Source of the DNA: Anaeromyxobacter sp.
Lineage (GTDB): Bacteria; Myxococcota; Myxococcia; Myxococcales; Anaeromyxobacteraceae
NCBI GenBank assembly: GCA_049840735.1
Contig: JASGJN010000013.1
Span: 384,001 to 448,000 of the forward strand
Length of the DNA stretch: 64,000 bases
Direction: 5' to 3'
Position numbers and translations under genes: made by a program. This document shows, one piece after another, positions 42,482 through 54,226 of the stretch (position 1 is the stretch's first letter; each line of letters begins with the position of its first letter). The notes beneath the pieces were generated by a model, which had not been told where the DNA came from, ran no database searches, and saw nothing but the letters and a program-made list of their open reading frames with translations.

Positions 42482-43880
42482 CTAGCGCCGCAGGGCGCCG
42501 GCCAGCTCCTCGTAGAGGTGGATGGCGCTGCGGATCGCCTTCTGGAAATCGCCGAGGTGCAAACTCTCGTTCTCGGAGTGGGCGTTGGAGGACGGGTCCT
42601 CCACGCCGATGAGCAGCGCCGGCACGCCGCCCAGCGCCTTGGCGAACGGCTCGACGAAGCCGATGGAGCCGCCGCAGCCGATGGCCAGCGCCTGGGAGCC
42701 GAAGCCCTTCTCCAGCGCCCGGAACGCGGCCCCGAAGGCCGGGTGGCCCACGTCGGTGATCCAGGCGCGCCCGGCCGTCTCCGCCTTGCAGGTGACCTCG
42801 AGCCCCCAGGGCACCGCCGCCTCCAGCGCCTTCACCAGCTTCTCGCGCACCTCCAGCGGATCCATGTCCGGCACCAGCCGGATGCCCACCCGCGCCCACG
42901 CCGCGTCGTTGATGATGTTGCGCGCGTCGCGGCGCGTGGAGGCCTGCACCGCGTTGACCGCCAGCGCCGGCTGCCACCAGTTGACCTCCAGCGGGTGGCC
43001 CTCGCCCAGCAGCTTCACGCCCGGGCGCAGCCGGGCCTGCTTGCGGAACTCCTCCACCGTGACCGGGAGCGCCTCGATGGCGGCGCGCTGCTCGCGGGTC
43101 AGCGGGCGCACCTTGTCGTAGATGCCGGGGATGGCGATGCGGCCGTCGGCGTCCACCAGCCCGGCCAGCATCTTGGCCAGCCCCATGGCCGGAATCCGGC
43201 ACAGGGCCGCCCCACATGCCGGAGTGGACGCTCTGCTCCAGCGCCCGCACCTCCACGTCCACCGTCACCAGGCCGCGCAGCGCCACCGTCACCGACGGCA
43301 CCCCCACGTCCACGTTGCCGGTGTCGGTCAGCACCATGGCGTCGGCGTCGAGCCGGGCCCGGTACTTCTCCAGGAAGCGGGTCAGGTGCTCGGACCCGAT
43401 CTCCTCCTCGCCCTCGATGACGATCTTGACGTTGAGCGGCATCTTCTTGGCGCCGCGCACCCAGGAGTCCACCGCCGCCGCGTGCACGATGATGCCGGCC
43501 TTGTCGTCCGCCGCGCCGCGGCCGTAGAGCCGCCCCTCGCGCTCGGTCGGCTCGAACGGCGGGGACTTCCAGGCCTCCGCCTCACCGGCGGGCTGGACGT
43601 CGTGGTGGGCGTAGAGGAGCAGCGTGGGGGCGGCCGGGTCCTCAATCCGCTCTCCGAAGACGTAGGGGTGGGCGCCCTCCACCTTGAGCACCTCCACCTT
43701 CTCGAAGCCGCGCCGGCGCAGCAGCTCGGCGGTGGCCTCGGCGCTGCGGCCGACCTCGATCTCCGGGAACCCGGCGAACGAGACGCTGGGGATGCGCACC
43801 AGCCGCTTCAGCTCGTCGAGGTAGATGGCGTGGTTCTTCTCGTAGTGGGCCAGCGCCAGCTCGACGGTGCTCTCCGGCAT
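42482..43880 (-). CDS. M20 family dipeptidase, frameshift near 43194
   Basis: [40 protein letters not shown]. Confidence 0.92.
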
Positions 43881-43965
43881 CGCTGCTCTCCTCTCGCGCG
43901 GCGCCACCGGGCGCCGGGTCCTTCGCGGCGCCGCACGGCGCCGGGTACAGGATATAAACCCGCCC

Positions 43966-45138
43966 ATGCCCGACCTCTCCCGCCCCCTTGGGGATCCCGC
44001 GCCGCGCGACGGCGGGCACAGGGCGCTGTCCCGCGGCCTGGGGATCACCCGCATCGCCCGGCTGACCGGGCTGGACCGGACCGGCGTGGAGGTGGCCTCG
44101 GCGGTCCGCCCGGACGGCCACGTGCTGCAGGTGACCAACGGCAAGGGGTTCAGCTTCGCCGAGGCGGCCCGCGGCGCGGTGATGGAGGCGGCCGAGCTGT
44201 GGGCGGCGGAGCGGTGCCAGCCGGCGCTGGAGGGGTGGTCCGCGGAAGCGCTGCGGCGCAGCGAGGGCGAGGGCGTGCTGGGCCCGGCGGCGCTGGAGCC
44301 GGAGCTGGGCGACGCGCTGGAGGGGCTGCGGCTGGCCTGGTGCGCCGGGCGCGGGCTGCTCGGGCCGGACCGGGCCTGGGTGCCGTTCGACGCGGTGGCC
44401 TGCCCGCCCCCGGGCGCCCCGCTCCGCCCCGCCTTCCTGCGCTGGACCTCCAGCGGCATGGGCGCCCACCCCGATCCCGCCGGGGCCCTCCTCCACGCCC
44501 TCCTGGAGGCCGTGGAGCGCGATCAGCTGGCGCGCGCGCTCCCGGAGGGATTCACCGAAGGTGACGTGGCCCGCCGGCTGCTCGACCCGGCCTCGCTGGC
44601 GGCCGCCGCGCCCGGGGCCGCCGCGCTGGCGGCCTCGCTGGCGGCGCGCGGCCTCAGGGTCCACCTGCTCGACCTCTGCCCCGGCCTGCGCCGGCGCGGC
44701 AGCGACGGCCCGCCGCCGCTCGACCTGGGGCTGCCCGCCGCCGCGGCGGTGCTGTGCGACGCGCCGGGCGGCCCGGTGCCGGTGGCGGCGGGCTACGCCT
44801 GCCGCACCACGCGCGACGGCGCCCTCTGCGCGGCGCTGCTGGAGGCGGCCCAGTCCCGCGCCACCGAGATCCACGGCGCGCGCGAGGACGTGGTGGGCGG
44901 CGACCGCCACGCCGCGGCGCCGCTGGCCTGGCTGCTGGCCGCCGCGCGCCCGCGCCGGGAGGCGGCGCGGCTGCCCACGCTCCGCCCGGCCCGTCCGGCC
45001 GCCCTGGCGCGCGCGGTGCTGGCGGGGCTCTCCCGCGCCGGCCTGGACCGCGCCGTCGCGGTGGACCTGCCGGCGCCGGCCGGCGTGGCGGTGGTGAAGG
45101 TGCTGGTGCCCGGCCTCCTGCTCTCGGAGCTCCTGTGA
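43966..45138 (+). CDS. ycaO: YcaO-family enzyme (TfuA-associated, putative thioamide synthetase)
   Basis: [60 protein letters not shown]. Confidence 0.9.
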   Translation: MPDLSRPLGDPAPRDGGHRALSRGLGITRIARLTGLDRTGVEVASAVRPDGHVLQVTNGKGFSFAEAARGAVMEAAELWAAERCQPALEGWSAEALRRSEGEGVLGPAALEPELGDALEGLRLAWCAGRGLLGPDRAWVPFDAVACPPPGAPLRPAFLRWTSSGMGAHPDPAGALLHALLEAVERDQLARALPEGFTEGDVARRLLDPASLAAAAPGAAALAASLAARGLRVHLLDLCPGLRRRGSDGPPPLDLGLPAAAAVLCDAPGGPVPVAAGYACRTTRDGALCAALLEAAQSRATEIHGAREDVVGGDRHAAAPLAWLLAAARPRREAARLPTLRPARPAALARAVLAGLSRAGLDRAVAVDLPAPAGVAVVKVLVPGLLLSELL

Positions 45139-46322
45139 CCCGCGGACGGCTGCGCCCCGGTGACGTGCTCGCCTTCCTCGGCCCCTCGCTGCCGCCTCAC
45201 GAGGCGCGGCGGCTGGGCCCCTGCCGCGTGCTCCCGCCGGCCCGCGCCGGGGACGTGCTGGCGGCGCTGCCGGCCCGCCCGCTGGCCATCGCGCTGGTGG
45301 ACGGGCTCTTCGACACCACGCCCTCGGTCTGGCACCGCGAGCTCTTGGCGGCGCTGGACGCCGGGGTGGCGGTGTTCGGCGGCGGCAGCATGGGGGCGCT
45401 GCGCGCCGCCGAGCTGGAGCGGTTCGGCGTGGTGGGCGTGGGGCGCGTCTTCGGCTGGTACCGCGACGGCGCGGTGGTGGACGACGGCGAGGTGGCGCTG
45501 CTCCACGCCGACGCAGAGGGGGGCTTCCGCCCGCTGACGCTGCCGCTGGTCCAGGTGCGGGCGGCCGCCGAGGCGGCCCGCGCCGCCGGGCGGCTCACCG
45601 CGCGCGGCGCGGCGGAGCTGCTCCGCGCCGCCGCCGCCCTGCCCTACGCGGCCCGCGCCTGGCCGGCGGTGCTGCGGGGCGCCCAGCTGCCGCGCGGCGC
45701 GGGCGAGGGGCTGGAGCCGTTCCTGCGCGCGGTGCCGGACGTGAAGGCGGAGGACGCCCGGAGCTGCCTCGCGGCCGCGCTGGCCTTCGCCCGCGCCCGC
45801 CGCGCCGGCGCGCCGCCGCCGCCGCGCCCACCGGTCCCGCCCGCCTCCACCCACCTGCGCCGCCTGCGGCTGCAGCGCGCCGGGGTGCAGGTGGCGGGCG
45901 AGGCGCTGCCGGCCGGCCAGGTGCTGGCGGCCCTGGGGCGCCGCCCCACCGCCGGGCGCGAGGCGGCCGACGGCCTGCGCCACCTGCTGCTCGCCGCCTG
46001 GGCGCGCGGGCTGGGGCTCAGGCCCGGCGCCGACGAGGTGGCCGGGGCGGAGCGCGCCTGGCTGCGCCGCCTGGGCGTGGGCGCCGCCGGCCGCGAGGCC
46101 TTCCTGTCGGCCTGCGGGCTGGACGAGGGCGCGGCGCGCGCGCTGGCCGAGGACCTGGCGCTGGAGGCGGCGCTGCTGGCGCGCGCGGCGCAGGTGGTGC
46201 CGGACGGCCCGGGATGGGAGGAAGGGCTGGCGCTCTCGGCGCGGCTCTCCGGCGCCTGGGTGGAGGAGGCGGCGCGGCTGGCCACCGCCGGCGTGCGCCG
46301 CCGCACGAGGAGGAAGCGATGA
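45135..46322 (+). CDS. tfuA: TfuA-like protein with helical C-terminal extension
   Basis: FLGPSL, PPARAGD, VDGLF..PSVWHRE, GGGSMGALRAAEL, DDGEVALLH, DVKAEDA. Confidence 0.92.
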   Translation: MTRGRLRPGDVLAFLGPSLPPHEARRLGPCRVLPPARAGDVLAALPARPLAIALVDGLFDTTPSVWHRELLAALDAGVAVFGGGSMGALRAAELERFGVVGVGRVFGWYRDGAVVDDGEVALLHADAEGGFRPLTLPLVQVRAAAEAARAAGRLTARGAAELLRAAAALPYAARAWPAVLRGAQLPRGAGEGLEPFLRAVPDVKAEDARSCLAAALAFARARRAGAPPPPRPPVPPASTHLRRLRLQRAGVQVAGEALPAGQVLAALGRRPTAGREAADGLRHLLLAAWARGLGLRPGADEVAGAERAWLRRLGVGAAGREAFLSACGLDEGAARALAEDLALEAALLARAAQVVPDGPGWEEGLALSARLSGAWVEEAARLATAGVRRRTRRKR

Positions 46323-46696
46323 GCAGGAAGCCGCCGCCCCCGCCCGCCCCGGGCCCGTTCAACGCCGCCTTCGCCAGGCTGCGCGAGCAGCGGCCGGATC
46401 TGCCCGCCCCCGAGGCGCCCGCACCGGCGCCCGCCGGCCCGACGCCGGCCGAGCCCGCCCCTGCCCGCGCCGTGGTCCGCCTGGAGCGGAAGGGGCGCGG
46501 CGGGAAGGAGGCCACCGTGGTGGAGAAGCTGGAGCTGCCCCCGGCGAAGCTCTCGGCCTGGGCCGACGCCCTCAAGCGCTCACTCGGCTGCGGCGGCGGC
46601 GTGGAGGGCGAGGCCCTGGTCGTCCAGGGCGATCAGCGGGATCGGGTCGCGAAGTGGCTGGAACAGCGCGGGGTGCGGAAGGTTGTACGGGGATGA
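46319..46696 (+). CDS. yciH: SUI1/YciH translation initiation factor homolog
   Basis: RKGRGGKEATVV, LKRSLGCGG, VQGDQRD; ATGA overlap with tfuA. Confidence 0.92.
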   Translation: MSRKPPPPPAPGPFNAAFARLREQRPDLPAPEAPAPAPAGPTPAEPAPARAVVRLERKGRGGKEATVVEKLELPPAKLSAWADALKRSLGCGGGVEGEALVVQGDQRDRVAKWLEQRGVRKVVRG

Positions 46697-46732
46697 TCCC
46701 CGCCGTGCCCAGGGCGTGACCAGCGGCTCCGC

Positions 46733-48123
<1,391 letters not shown>

Positions 48124-48739
48124 GCGACGGGCCTCGGGCCTCGGGAGGAGCCGTCGGTTCGCCCAGGATCGCCTCGCCGGGCAGGAACGCGGCCTGCGCC
48201 AGGCCGGCCACCCAGAGCACCTCCTCCGGCTCGATCCGGAAGAAGGTGAAGTCGAGCCCGAGCAGCTGGCGGGCCGCCGGGTGCCAGGCCAGGTAGCGCT
48301 CGCGCGCGGTGGGCTGCTCGGCCTCGGCCAGCTGCACCGCCTTGCCCACTACAGATCAGCCGCGGCGCGGTGCGCGGGTCCCGGCCCACCGCGGCGTGAT
48401 CGGCCACCAGCAGCGAGACGCGCGCGTCGGCGTGGACGTTGCGGGTGTGCTGGGCCAACGCCGAGAGGAGCAGCACCGGCCGGCCGTCCGGCAGCAGCGC
48501 GTAGGGGGCCAGCGAGCCGAAGGGCGCGCCGCCGTGGCGGACCGAGAGCGTGGAGAGCACGCCGGCCCGCTCGCGCTCGAGCAGCGCGCGGGCCGCGCTC
48601 GCCACCGCCGGCTGGACTGCCGCCATCTGACCTCCTCCTTGGTCGCGCGGCGCGAGAGGCCGGACGACCACCTTTCCGTACCGTAGCTCACCGGGCGCGG
48701 CTCGTCCCAGCCGAGCCCTCCGTCGAGGGCCCGGGCCGG

Positions 48740-49339
48740 CTACAGCACCACCAGCCCCAGCCGCGCGGCGCGGACGATGGCCTCGGCCCGCGAGTCCACC
48801 CCCAGCTTGGCCAGGATGGCGTTCACGTGGAACTTGGCGGTGTGCTGGGAGATGCCGAGCCGCGCCGCGATGACCTTGTTGGCCAGCCCCTCCGCGAGGA
48901 GCGCCAGCACCTCGCGCTCGCGCGGGGTGAGCGGCTCGGCGGCGCCGGCCTCCGGCGGGCGCAGGAAGGGATCGGTCAGCGCCGGGTCGAGCGCCCGCAG
49001 CCCGGCCACCGCCGCCCTCAAGGCCGCCGAGAGCGCCTCCGGCGCCGCGCCGCGCCCGAGCACGCCGCGCGCCCCCGCCCGCAGCGCCGCGCCTGCCGCC
49101 GCCTCGTCGGCGGCCAGCGCCACCACCGGCGCGCCGGCCGGGAGCGACGCCGGCCCCGCCGCGCCGGGCCCCAGGTCCCACAGCACCGCGTCCGGCGCGC
49201 GCGCCGCCGCCACCCGCGCCGCCTCGGCCGGCCCGGCCTCGCCGGCCAGCGCCAGCTCCGGCCGCGCCGCCACGCGCGCGGCCAGCCCCGCGCGCGCCAG
49301 CGGATCGGGAGAGACCACCAGGATGCCGAGCGGCGTCAT
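48740..49339 (-). CDS. NarL/LuxR-family response regulator (degenerate receiver)
   Basis: [30 protein letters not shown]. Confidence 0.9.
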   Translation of the reverse strand: MTPLGILVVSPDPLARAGLAARVAARPELALAGEAGPAEAARVAAARAPDAVLWDLGPGAAGPASLPAGAPVVALAADEAAAGAALRAGARGVLGRGAAPEALSAALRAAVAGLRALDPALTDPFLRPPEAGAAEPLTPREREVLALLAEGLANKVIAARLGISQHTAKFHVNAILAKLGVDSRAEAIVRAARLGLVVL

Positions 49340-49417
49340 CTGGCCTCACCTAACGCCGCCGGCGGCCGCGCGCCCCCGCCCCTTGCCCACCCCCGGCGGA
49401 CGCGGTACTCGGACAGG

Positions 49418-50623
49418 ATGGTGAACACCACGCCCGGCCTGCTGGCCCTGCAGGTCCGCCCCGGCAACCCGGACTTCCTCGACCTGCCCTGGACGCGGCC
49501 GCTGGCCCAGTGGCGGGAGGCCTGCAACCGGGTGGTGGACGTGCCGCGCGGCATCTCGCGCCACGAGGTGGTCTTCGTCCAGTACCAGCGGCTGCTCTAC
49601 GCGGTGAAGGAGCTGCCGGTGCGGGTGGGCGAGCGCGAGTACGACGCGCTCCGCTGGCTGGAGGAGCGCGACCTGCCGGCGGTGGTGGCGGCCGGCCACG
49701 CCAAGGTGAAGAACGAGGAGGGCGACGAGGGGTCGGTGCTGATCACCCGCTTCCTCGAGTCCTCCCTGCCCTACCGCCAGCTCTTCCAGAGCCCCGGCCT
49801 GGAGCGCTACCGCGAGCGGCTGCTGGACGCCGTGGCCGAGCTGATGGTCCGCCTCCACCTGGCCGGCTTCCACTGGGGCGACTACTCGCTCTCCAACTGC
49901 CTGTTCCGCCGCGACGCCGGGCAGCTGCGCGCCTACCTGGTGGACGCCGAGACCTCGGAGATGCACGAGACGCTCTCCGACGGCCAGCGCCGCCTGGACC
50001 TGGACATCATGGAGGAGAACGTGGCCGGCGAGCTGGCCGACCTCTCCATGGTGGTGCAGCTGCCGCCGGCGCTGGACGTGTTCGAACCGGCCCGCAGAAT
50101 CCGCCAGCGCTACCAGCGGCTCTGGGAGGAGGTCACGCGCGAGGAGATCCTCTCCCCGGCCGAGAACTGGCGCATCCACGAGCGGATCCGGGCCCTCAAC
50201 GCGCTCGGCTTCTCGGTGGGCGAGGTGGAGCTGGAGACGGTGGGCGACGGCAGCAAGCTCAAGATGCGGACGCTGGTCACCGACCGCGACTACCACCGCC
50301 ACATGCTGCAGAACCTGACCGGCGTGGTGGCGGAGGAGCGGCAGGCCGGCCTCATGCTCAACGAGATCCACGAGCTGCGCGCCACCATGGTCCGCTCCAG
50401 CCAGCGCAGCGTGCCGCTCTCGGTGGCCGCCTACCACTGGCTGACCGAGCGCTACGAGCCCACCCTGCAGCAGCTCCAGCCGCAGGTGAGCCGCGCCACC
50501 GAGCCGCCCGAGCTCTACTGCCAGCTGCTCGAGCACAAGTGGCTCCTGTCCGAGAAGATGAACCGGGACGTCGGCTTCGTCTACGCCATCGAGGACTACG
50601 TGAAGAAGTTCAAGGCGGCGTGA
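49418..50623 (+). CDS. DUF4032 protein with Kdo/LPS kinase-like fold
   Basis: LDLPW, RGISRH, AVKE, LHLAGFHWGDYSLSN, LVDAETSE, LEHKWLLSE. Confidence 0.85.
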   Translation: MVNTTPGLLALQVRPGNPDFLDLPWTRPLAQWREACNRVVDVPRGISRHEVVFVQYQRLLYAVKELPVRVGEREYDALRWLEERDLPAVVAAGHAKVKNEEGDEGSVLITRFLESSLPYRQLFQSPGLERYRERLLDAVAELMVRLHLAGFHWGDYSLSNCLFRRDAGQLRAYLVDAETSEMHETLSDGQRRLDLDIMEENVAGELADLSMVVQLPPALDVFEPARRIRQRYQRLWEEVTREEILSPAENWRIHERIRALNALGFSVGEVELETVGDGSKLKMRTLVTDRDYHRHMLQNLTGVVAEERQAGLMLNEIHELRATMVRSSQRSVPLSVAAYHWLTERYEPTLQQLQPQVSRATEPPELYCQLLEHKWLLSEKMNRDVGFVYAIEDYVKKFKAA

Positions 50624-51788
50624 GCGTCGGCGCGAGCGCGCGCGCCTGGGGGCGCGGCGCCCAGCGGTCCTTGAGCGCCAGGAGCGGCGCCTCGAAGCAG
50701 CGCCAGCTCACCCAGGCCAGCGCCACGCTGGCCCCGGCGCCGGCCAGCGCGTAGGCCAGGTAGCCGGCCCGCGTCTCCAGCAGCGCGGCGGTGGCGGGGT
50801 GGGCCCGCAGCGCCCGCAGCGCCCCCACGTGCAGCGGGTAGTGGAGCACGTAGACCCCGTAGCTCACGCGCCCCAGGGAGCGGAGCGGCGCGGCGCGGAG
50901 CAGCCGGTCCAGGCCGCTGCCGGTGCCATCGGCGCAGAGCGCCCCGGCCACCAGCCCGGCGAAGGCCACCGCCAGGAAGCTGTGGCTCCGAATCTCCAGC
51001 GCCGGCCGGTGCATGTCCAGGCCGGCCGGCAGCCCCAGGGCCAGGAACCCGGCCGCTCCCAGCGCCGCCAGCCAGGGCCAGGCGCGCGGCGCCGCGGCCC
51101 GCCCGGCCGGCGTGCGCAGCGCCAGCGCCAGCAGCGCCCCCAGCGCCAGCGTGTCGAGCCGCCCCGGGGTGACGCGGAAGGCGCTCCCCGCCGGCCAGCC
51201 GGAGGCGAGCACGATCACCGCCCGCACCGCCGGCCCGGCCAGGAAGAGGGCCGCGGCCACCGCCAGGAGCCGCCGCCCGGGCGCCGCCCGGACCACCAGC
51301 GGCCAGCACAGGTAGAACTGCTCCTCCACGCCCAGCGACCAGAGGTGCGAGAGCGCCGGGATCACCTGCTGGGCCGGGAAGGCCCAGTTCCCCAGGTAGC
51401 TCCAGTACCAGCCCCCCCAGCGGCCGAAGGTCCACGGGTCGATGAGCCCCAGCGCCGGGCCGGCCAGGCCGAAGACGGCCAGCGCCAGGTAGTAGAGCGG
51501 GAAGATCCGCAGCGCGCGGCGGACCAGGAAGGACCACCACCAGCCCGGCTGCCCCACCGTGTCCACCAGGATGCCGGTGATGAGGAAGCCGGAGAGCACG
51601 AAGAACAGGTCCACCCCGGCCCAGCCCAGCCCCAGCGCCGCCACCGCGGCGCGGTCGAGCGCGGTGGCGCCCGGCCAGGCGTTCAGGAAGTGGCAGGCCA
51701 GCACCCCGGCGATGGCCAGGCCGCGCACGCCGTCGAGGGCGGGCACGTTGCGGCGCAGCGCTGGCTCGAGGCGGTCTCCGGCGGGCAC
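50610..51788 (-). CDS. Acyltransferase-3 (OafA-like) membrane O-acyltransferase
   Basis: LDGVRGLA, GVDLFFVLSGFLIT, RRALRIFP, HLWSLGVEEQFY, SYGVYVLH. Confidence 0.92.
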   Translation of the reverse strand: MPAGDRLEPALRRNVPALDGVRGLAIAGVLACHFLNAWPGATALDRAAVAALGLGWAGVDLFFVLSGFLITGILVDTVGQPGWWWSFLVRRALRIFPLYYLALAVFGLAGPALGLIDPWTFGRWGGWYWSYLGNWAFPAQQVIPALSHLWSLGVEEQFYLCWPLVVRAAPGRRLLAVAAALFLAGPAVRAVIVLASGWPAGSAFRVTPGRLDTLALGALLALALRTPAGRAAAPRAWPWLAALGAAGFLALGLPAGLDMHRPALEIRSHSFLAVAFAGLVAGALCADGTGSGLDRLLRAAPLRSLGRVSYGVYVLHYPLHVGALRALRAHPATAALLETRAGYLAYALAGAGASVALAWVSWRCFEAPLLALKDRWAPRPQARALAPTLTPP

Positions 51789-51829
51789 GGGGCGGCAGGG
51801 TAGACCATCGCGCCGCCGCGCGCCGCCTC

Positions 51830-52222
51830 TCAGCGCCCGCCGGACGGGAACGGGATGGTGGTGACCCAGACCGTGGTGCCGGGCGGCGGGGCGGTGGCGG
51901 GCCGCGCCGAGCCGCGCGACATGGCGTCGACAAGCTCGGCGCGCTGCGCCTCGGAGAGCGGCGGCGAGAGCACCTCCAGCAGCTGGATGCCGCCCTCCGG
52001 CGTCTGCTGGACCCGGACCGCCACCTCCTGGATGGCGGCCATGGGCAGGCGATCCTGCGGCGTCCCCAGGCCGGAGGGATCGCGCTCCGGCACCGCGGCC
52101 TCGGTGCGGGACAGCTCCCTGCGCGGCGCGGAGCCCCCTCCGCAGCCGGCGGCGAGGAGGACGGCGCACAGCGGCAGCCCGACCAGCACGACCAGCTCGA
52201 CCCGGGGGGAGGCGGCGATCAT
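51830..52222 (-). CDS. Hypothetical lipoprotein
   Basis: Hydrophobic leader ending LAAGC; TACGAT 6 nt before ATG. Confidence 0.55.
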   Translation of the reverse strand: MIAASPRVELVVLVGLPLCAVLLAAGCGGGSAPRRELSRTEAAVPERDPSGLGTPQDRLPMAAIQEVAVRVQQTPEGGIQLLEVLSPPLSEAQRAELVDAMSRGSARPATAPPPGTTVWVTTIPFPSGGR

Positions 52223-52349
52223 GGCCGGATCGTACGCCCGTCCCGGGGCTCCCCTGCGCGGATTGACGGGTCGCCCTGCCCATCCGGCCAGGTCGCCCCT
52301 GTCCGCCCCGCCGATGTGGGCGCGCCCGGCGGCCCCTACCCTCCGACGC

Positions 52350-53258
52350 ATGGAGACGAACCCCCTGCAGCAGCTCTCCGCCGGCCTGGCCGGCCTGGTG
52401 TCCAGCGGCGCGGCGCACGTGGTCCGGGTGGAGGCGGGCCGGCGCCAGGCCGCCTCGGGCGTGATCTGGTCGGGCGACGGCGTGGTGGTGACGGCGCACC
52501 ACGGGCTGGCGCGCGACGAGGCGCTGGTGGGGCTGCCCTCCGGCGAGGAGGTGGAGGCGGAGGTGGTGGGGCGCGATCCCTCGACCGACCTGGCGGCGCT
52601 CCGGGTGAAGGCGAGCGGCCTCACGCCCGCCCCCTGGGCCGACGAGGCGCAGGTGGCGCCCGGGCAGCTGGCCATCGGCCTCTCGCGGCCGGGGAAGAGC
52701 CCGCGCGCCGGGCTGGGGCTGGTGGCGCGCGCCGCCGGCGAGTTCCGGGCCGCGCGCGGCGGGCGCATCGACCGGTTCCTGGAGACCACGCTCGACCTGC
52801 AGCCCGGGGTCTCGGGGGGCCTGGTGCTGGGCGCGGACGGCCTGGCGCTGGGGCTGGCCACGGCCGGCCTGGTGCGCGGCGTGGTGATGGCGGTGCCTCC
52901 GTCGACGCTGCGACGCGTGGTGAAGTCGCTGCTGGCCCACGGCGAGGTCCGGCGCGGCTACCTGGGGATCGCCACGCACCCGGTGCCGCTGCCGCCCGAC
53001 CTGCGGGCCCGCACCGGGGAGGAGCTGGCGCTGCTGGTCTCGCACGTGGACCCGGCCGGCCCGGCGGCGCGAGCCGGCCTGGCGCTGGGCGACGCGCTTC
53101 TCTCGGTGGGCGGCGAGGCGCTGCAGGATCCGGGGGAGCTGTTCGCGCTGCTGGCGGAGGAGCGGATCGGCGAGGTGGTCACGCTGCGGCTCCTGCGGGC
53201 CGGGCAGGTGCTGGACGTGCAGGTGACGGTGGGCGTGCGCGAGGGGAGGCGGGGGTGA
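52350..53258 (+). CDS. S1C (HtrA-like) serine protease with PDZ
   Basis: TAHH, DLAAL, PGVSGG, GYLGI. Confidence 0.88.
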   Translation: METNPLQQLSAGLAGLVSSGAAHVVRVEAGRRQAASGVIWSGDGVVVTAHHGLARDEALVGLPSGEEVEAEVVGRDPSTDLAALRVKASGLTPAPWADEAQVAPGQLAIGLSRPGKSPRAGLGLVARAAGEFRAARGGRIDRFLETTLDLQPGVSGGLVLGADGLALGLATAGLVRGVVMAVPPSTLRRVVKSLLAHGEVRRGYLGIATHPVPLPPDLRARTGEELALLVSHVDPAGPAARAGLALGDALLSVGGEALQDPGELFALLAEERIGEVVTLRLLRAGQVLDVQVTVGVREGRRG

Positions 53259-54163
53259 GCGCGCTGGAGCGGTACTCGGAGGACGTGGCCGACCTGGTGG
53301 CGCGCGCGGCGCCGGCGGTGGTGGGGGTGGAGCACCGGCGCGGACAGGGCTCGGGGCTGGTGCTGGCCGGCGACGGCTGGGTGCTCACCAACGCCCACGT
53401 GGCGGCCGGCGCCGGCGCCGACGGGGCGCTGCGGGTCCGGCTCTCCGGCGCGCGGGTGGTGCGGGCCGAGCTGGTGGGGCGGGACGAGCGGACCGACCTG
53501 GCGGTGCTGCGGGTGGAGGCGCGCGACCTGCCGGTGCTGGCGCTCTCCGAGCGGCGGCTGCGGGTGGGCGAGGCGGTGGTGGCCATCGGCAACCCGCTCG
53601 GCTTCGAGCGGTCGGTGACGGTGGGCGTGGTCTCGGCGCTCTACCGCAACCTGCCGGCGCAGGGGAGCCTGCTGGAGGGGCTGGTGCAGACGGACGCCTC
53701 CATCAACCCGGGCAACTCCGGCGGCCCGCTGCTCGACGCGCGGGGCGAGGTGGTGGGGCTCACCACCGCCATGCTCCCCTGGGCGCGCGGCATCGGCTTC
53801 GCCGTGCCGGCCCACACCGCCAGCTGGGTGGCCTCGGTGCTGATCCGCGAGGGCGAGGTGCGCCGGCCGTTCCTGGGCATCGCCGCGCGCGGCGAGGAGC
53901 TGGACGCGGCCGCGGCGCGGGAGGCGGGCCAGGCCCGCGGCGTGCGCGTGCTGGAGGTGGTGGAGGGCTCGCCGGCCCGCGCCGCCGGGCTTGCCACCGG
54001 CGACCTGCTCTTCGGCGCCAACGGCAGCCCGGTGCAGACGCTGGACGACCTGCAGCGGGTCATGGTGCTGGCGCCGCCCTCCGAGATCGCGCTCGACGTG
54101 CTGCGGGGCGGCGTGCGCCGGCCGCTGGCGATCCGGCCGCGCGCCGGGCGCGCCGCCGCCTGA
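53255..54163 (+). CDS. S1C (HtrA-like) serine protease with PDZ
   Basis: TNAHV, DLAVL, INPGNSGGPL, PFLGI; GTGA overlap. Confidence 0.92.
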   Translation: MSALERYSEDVADLVARAAPAVVGVEHRRGQGSGLVLAGDGWVLTNAHVAAGAGADGALRVRLSGARVVRAELVGRDERTDLAVLRVEARDLPVLALSERRLRVGEAVVAIGNPLGFERSVTVGVVSALYRNLPAQGSLLEGLVQTDASINPGNSGGPLLDARGEVVGLTTAMLPWARGIGFAVPAHTASWVASVLIREGEVRRPFLGIAARGEELDAAAAREAGQARGVRVLEVVEGSPARAAGLATGDLLFGANGSPVQTLDDLQRVMVLAPPSEIALDVLRGGVRRPLAIRPRAGRAAA

Positions 54164-54226
54164 CGGGGCGGGGCGCCGGCGCGGCCGGGAGCATGGCGAT
54201 CCAGACCAGGAACCCCACCGGCCACC

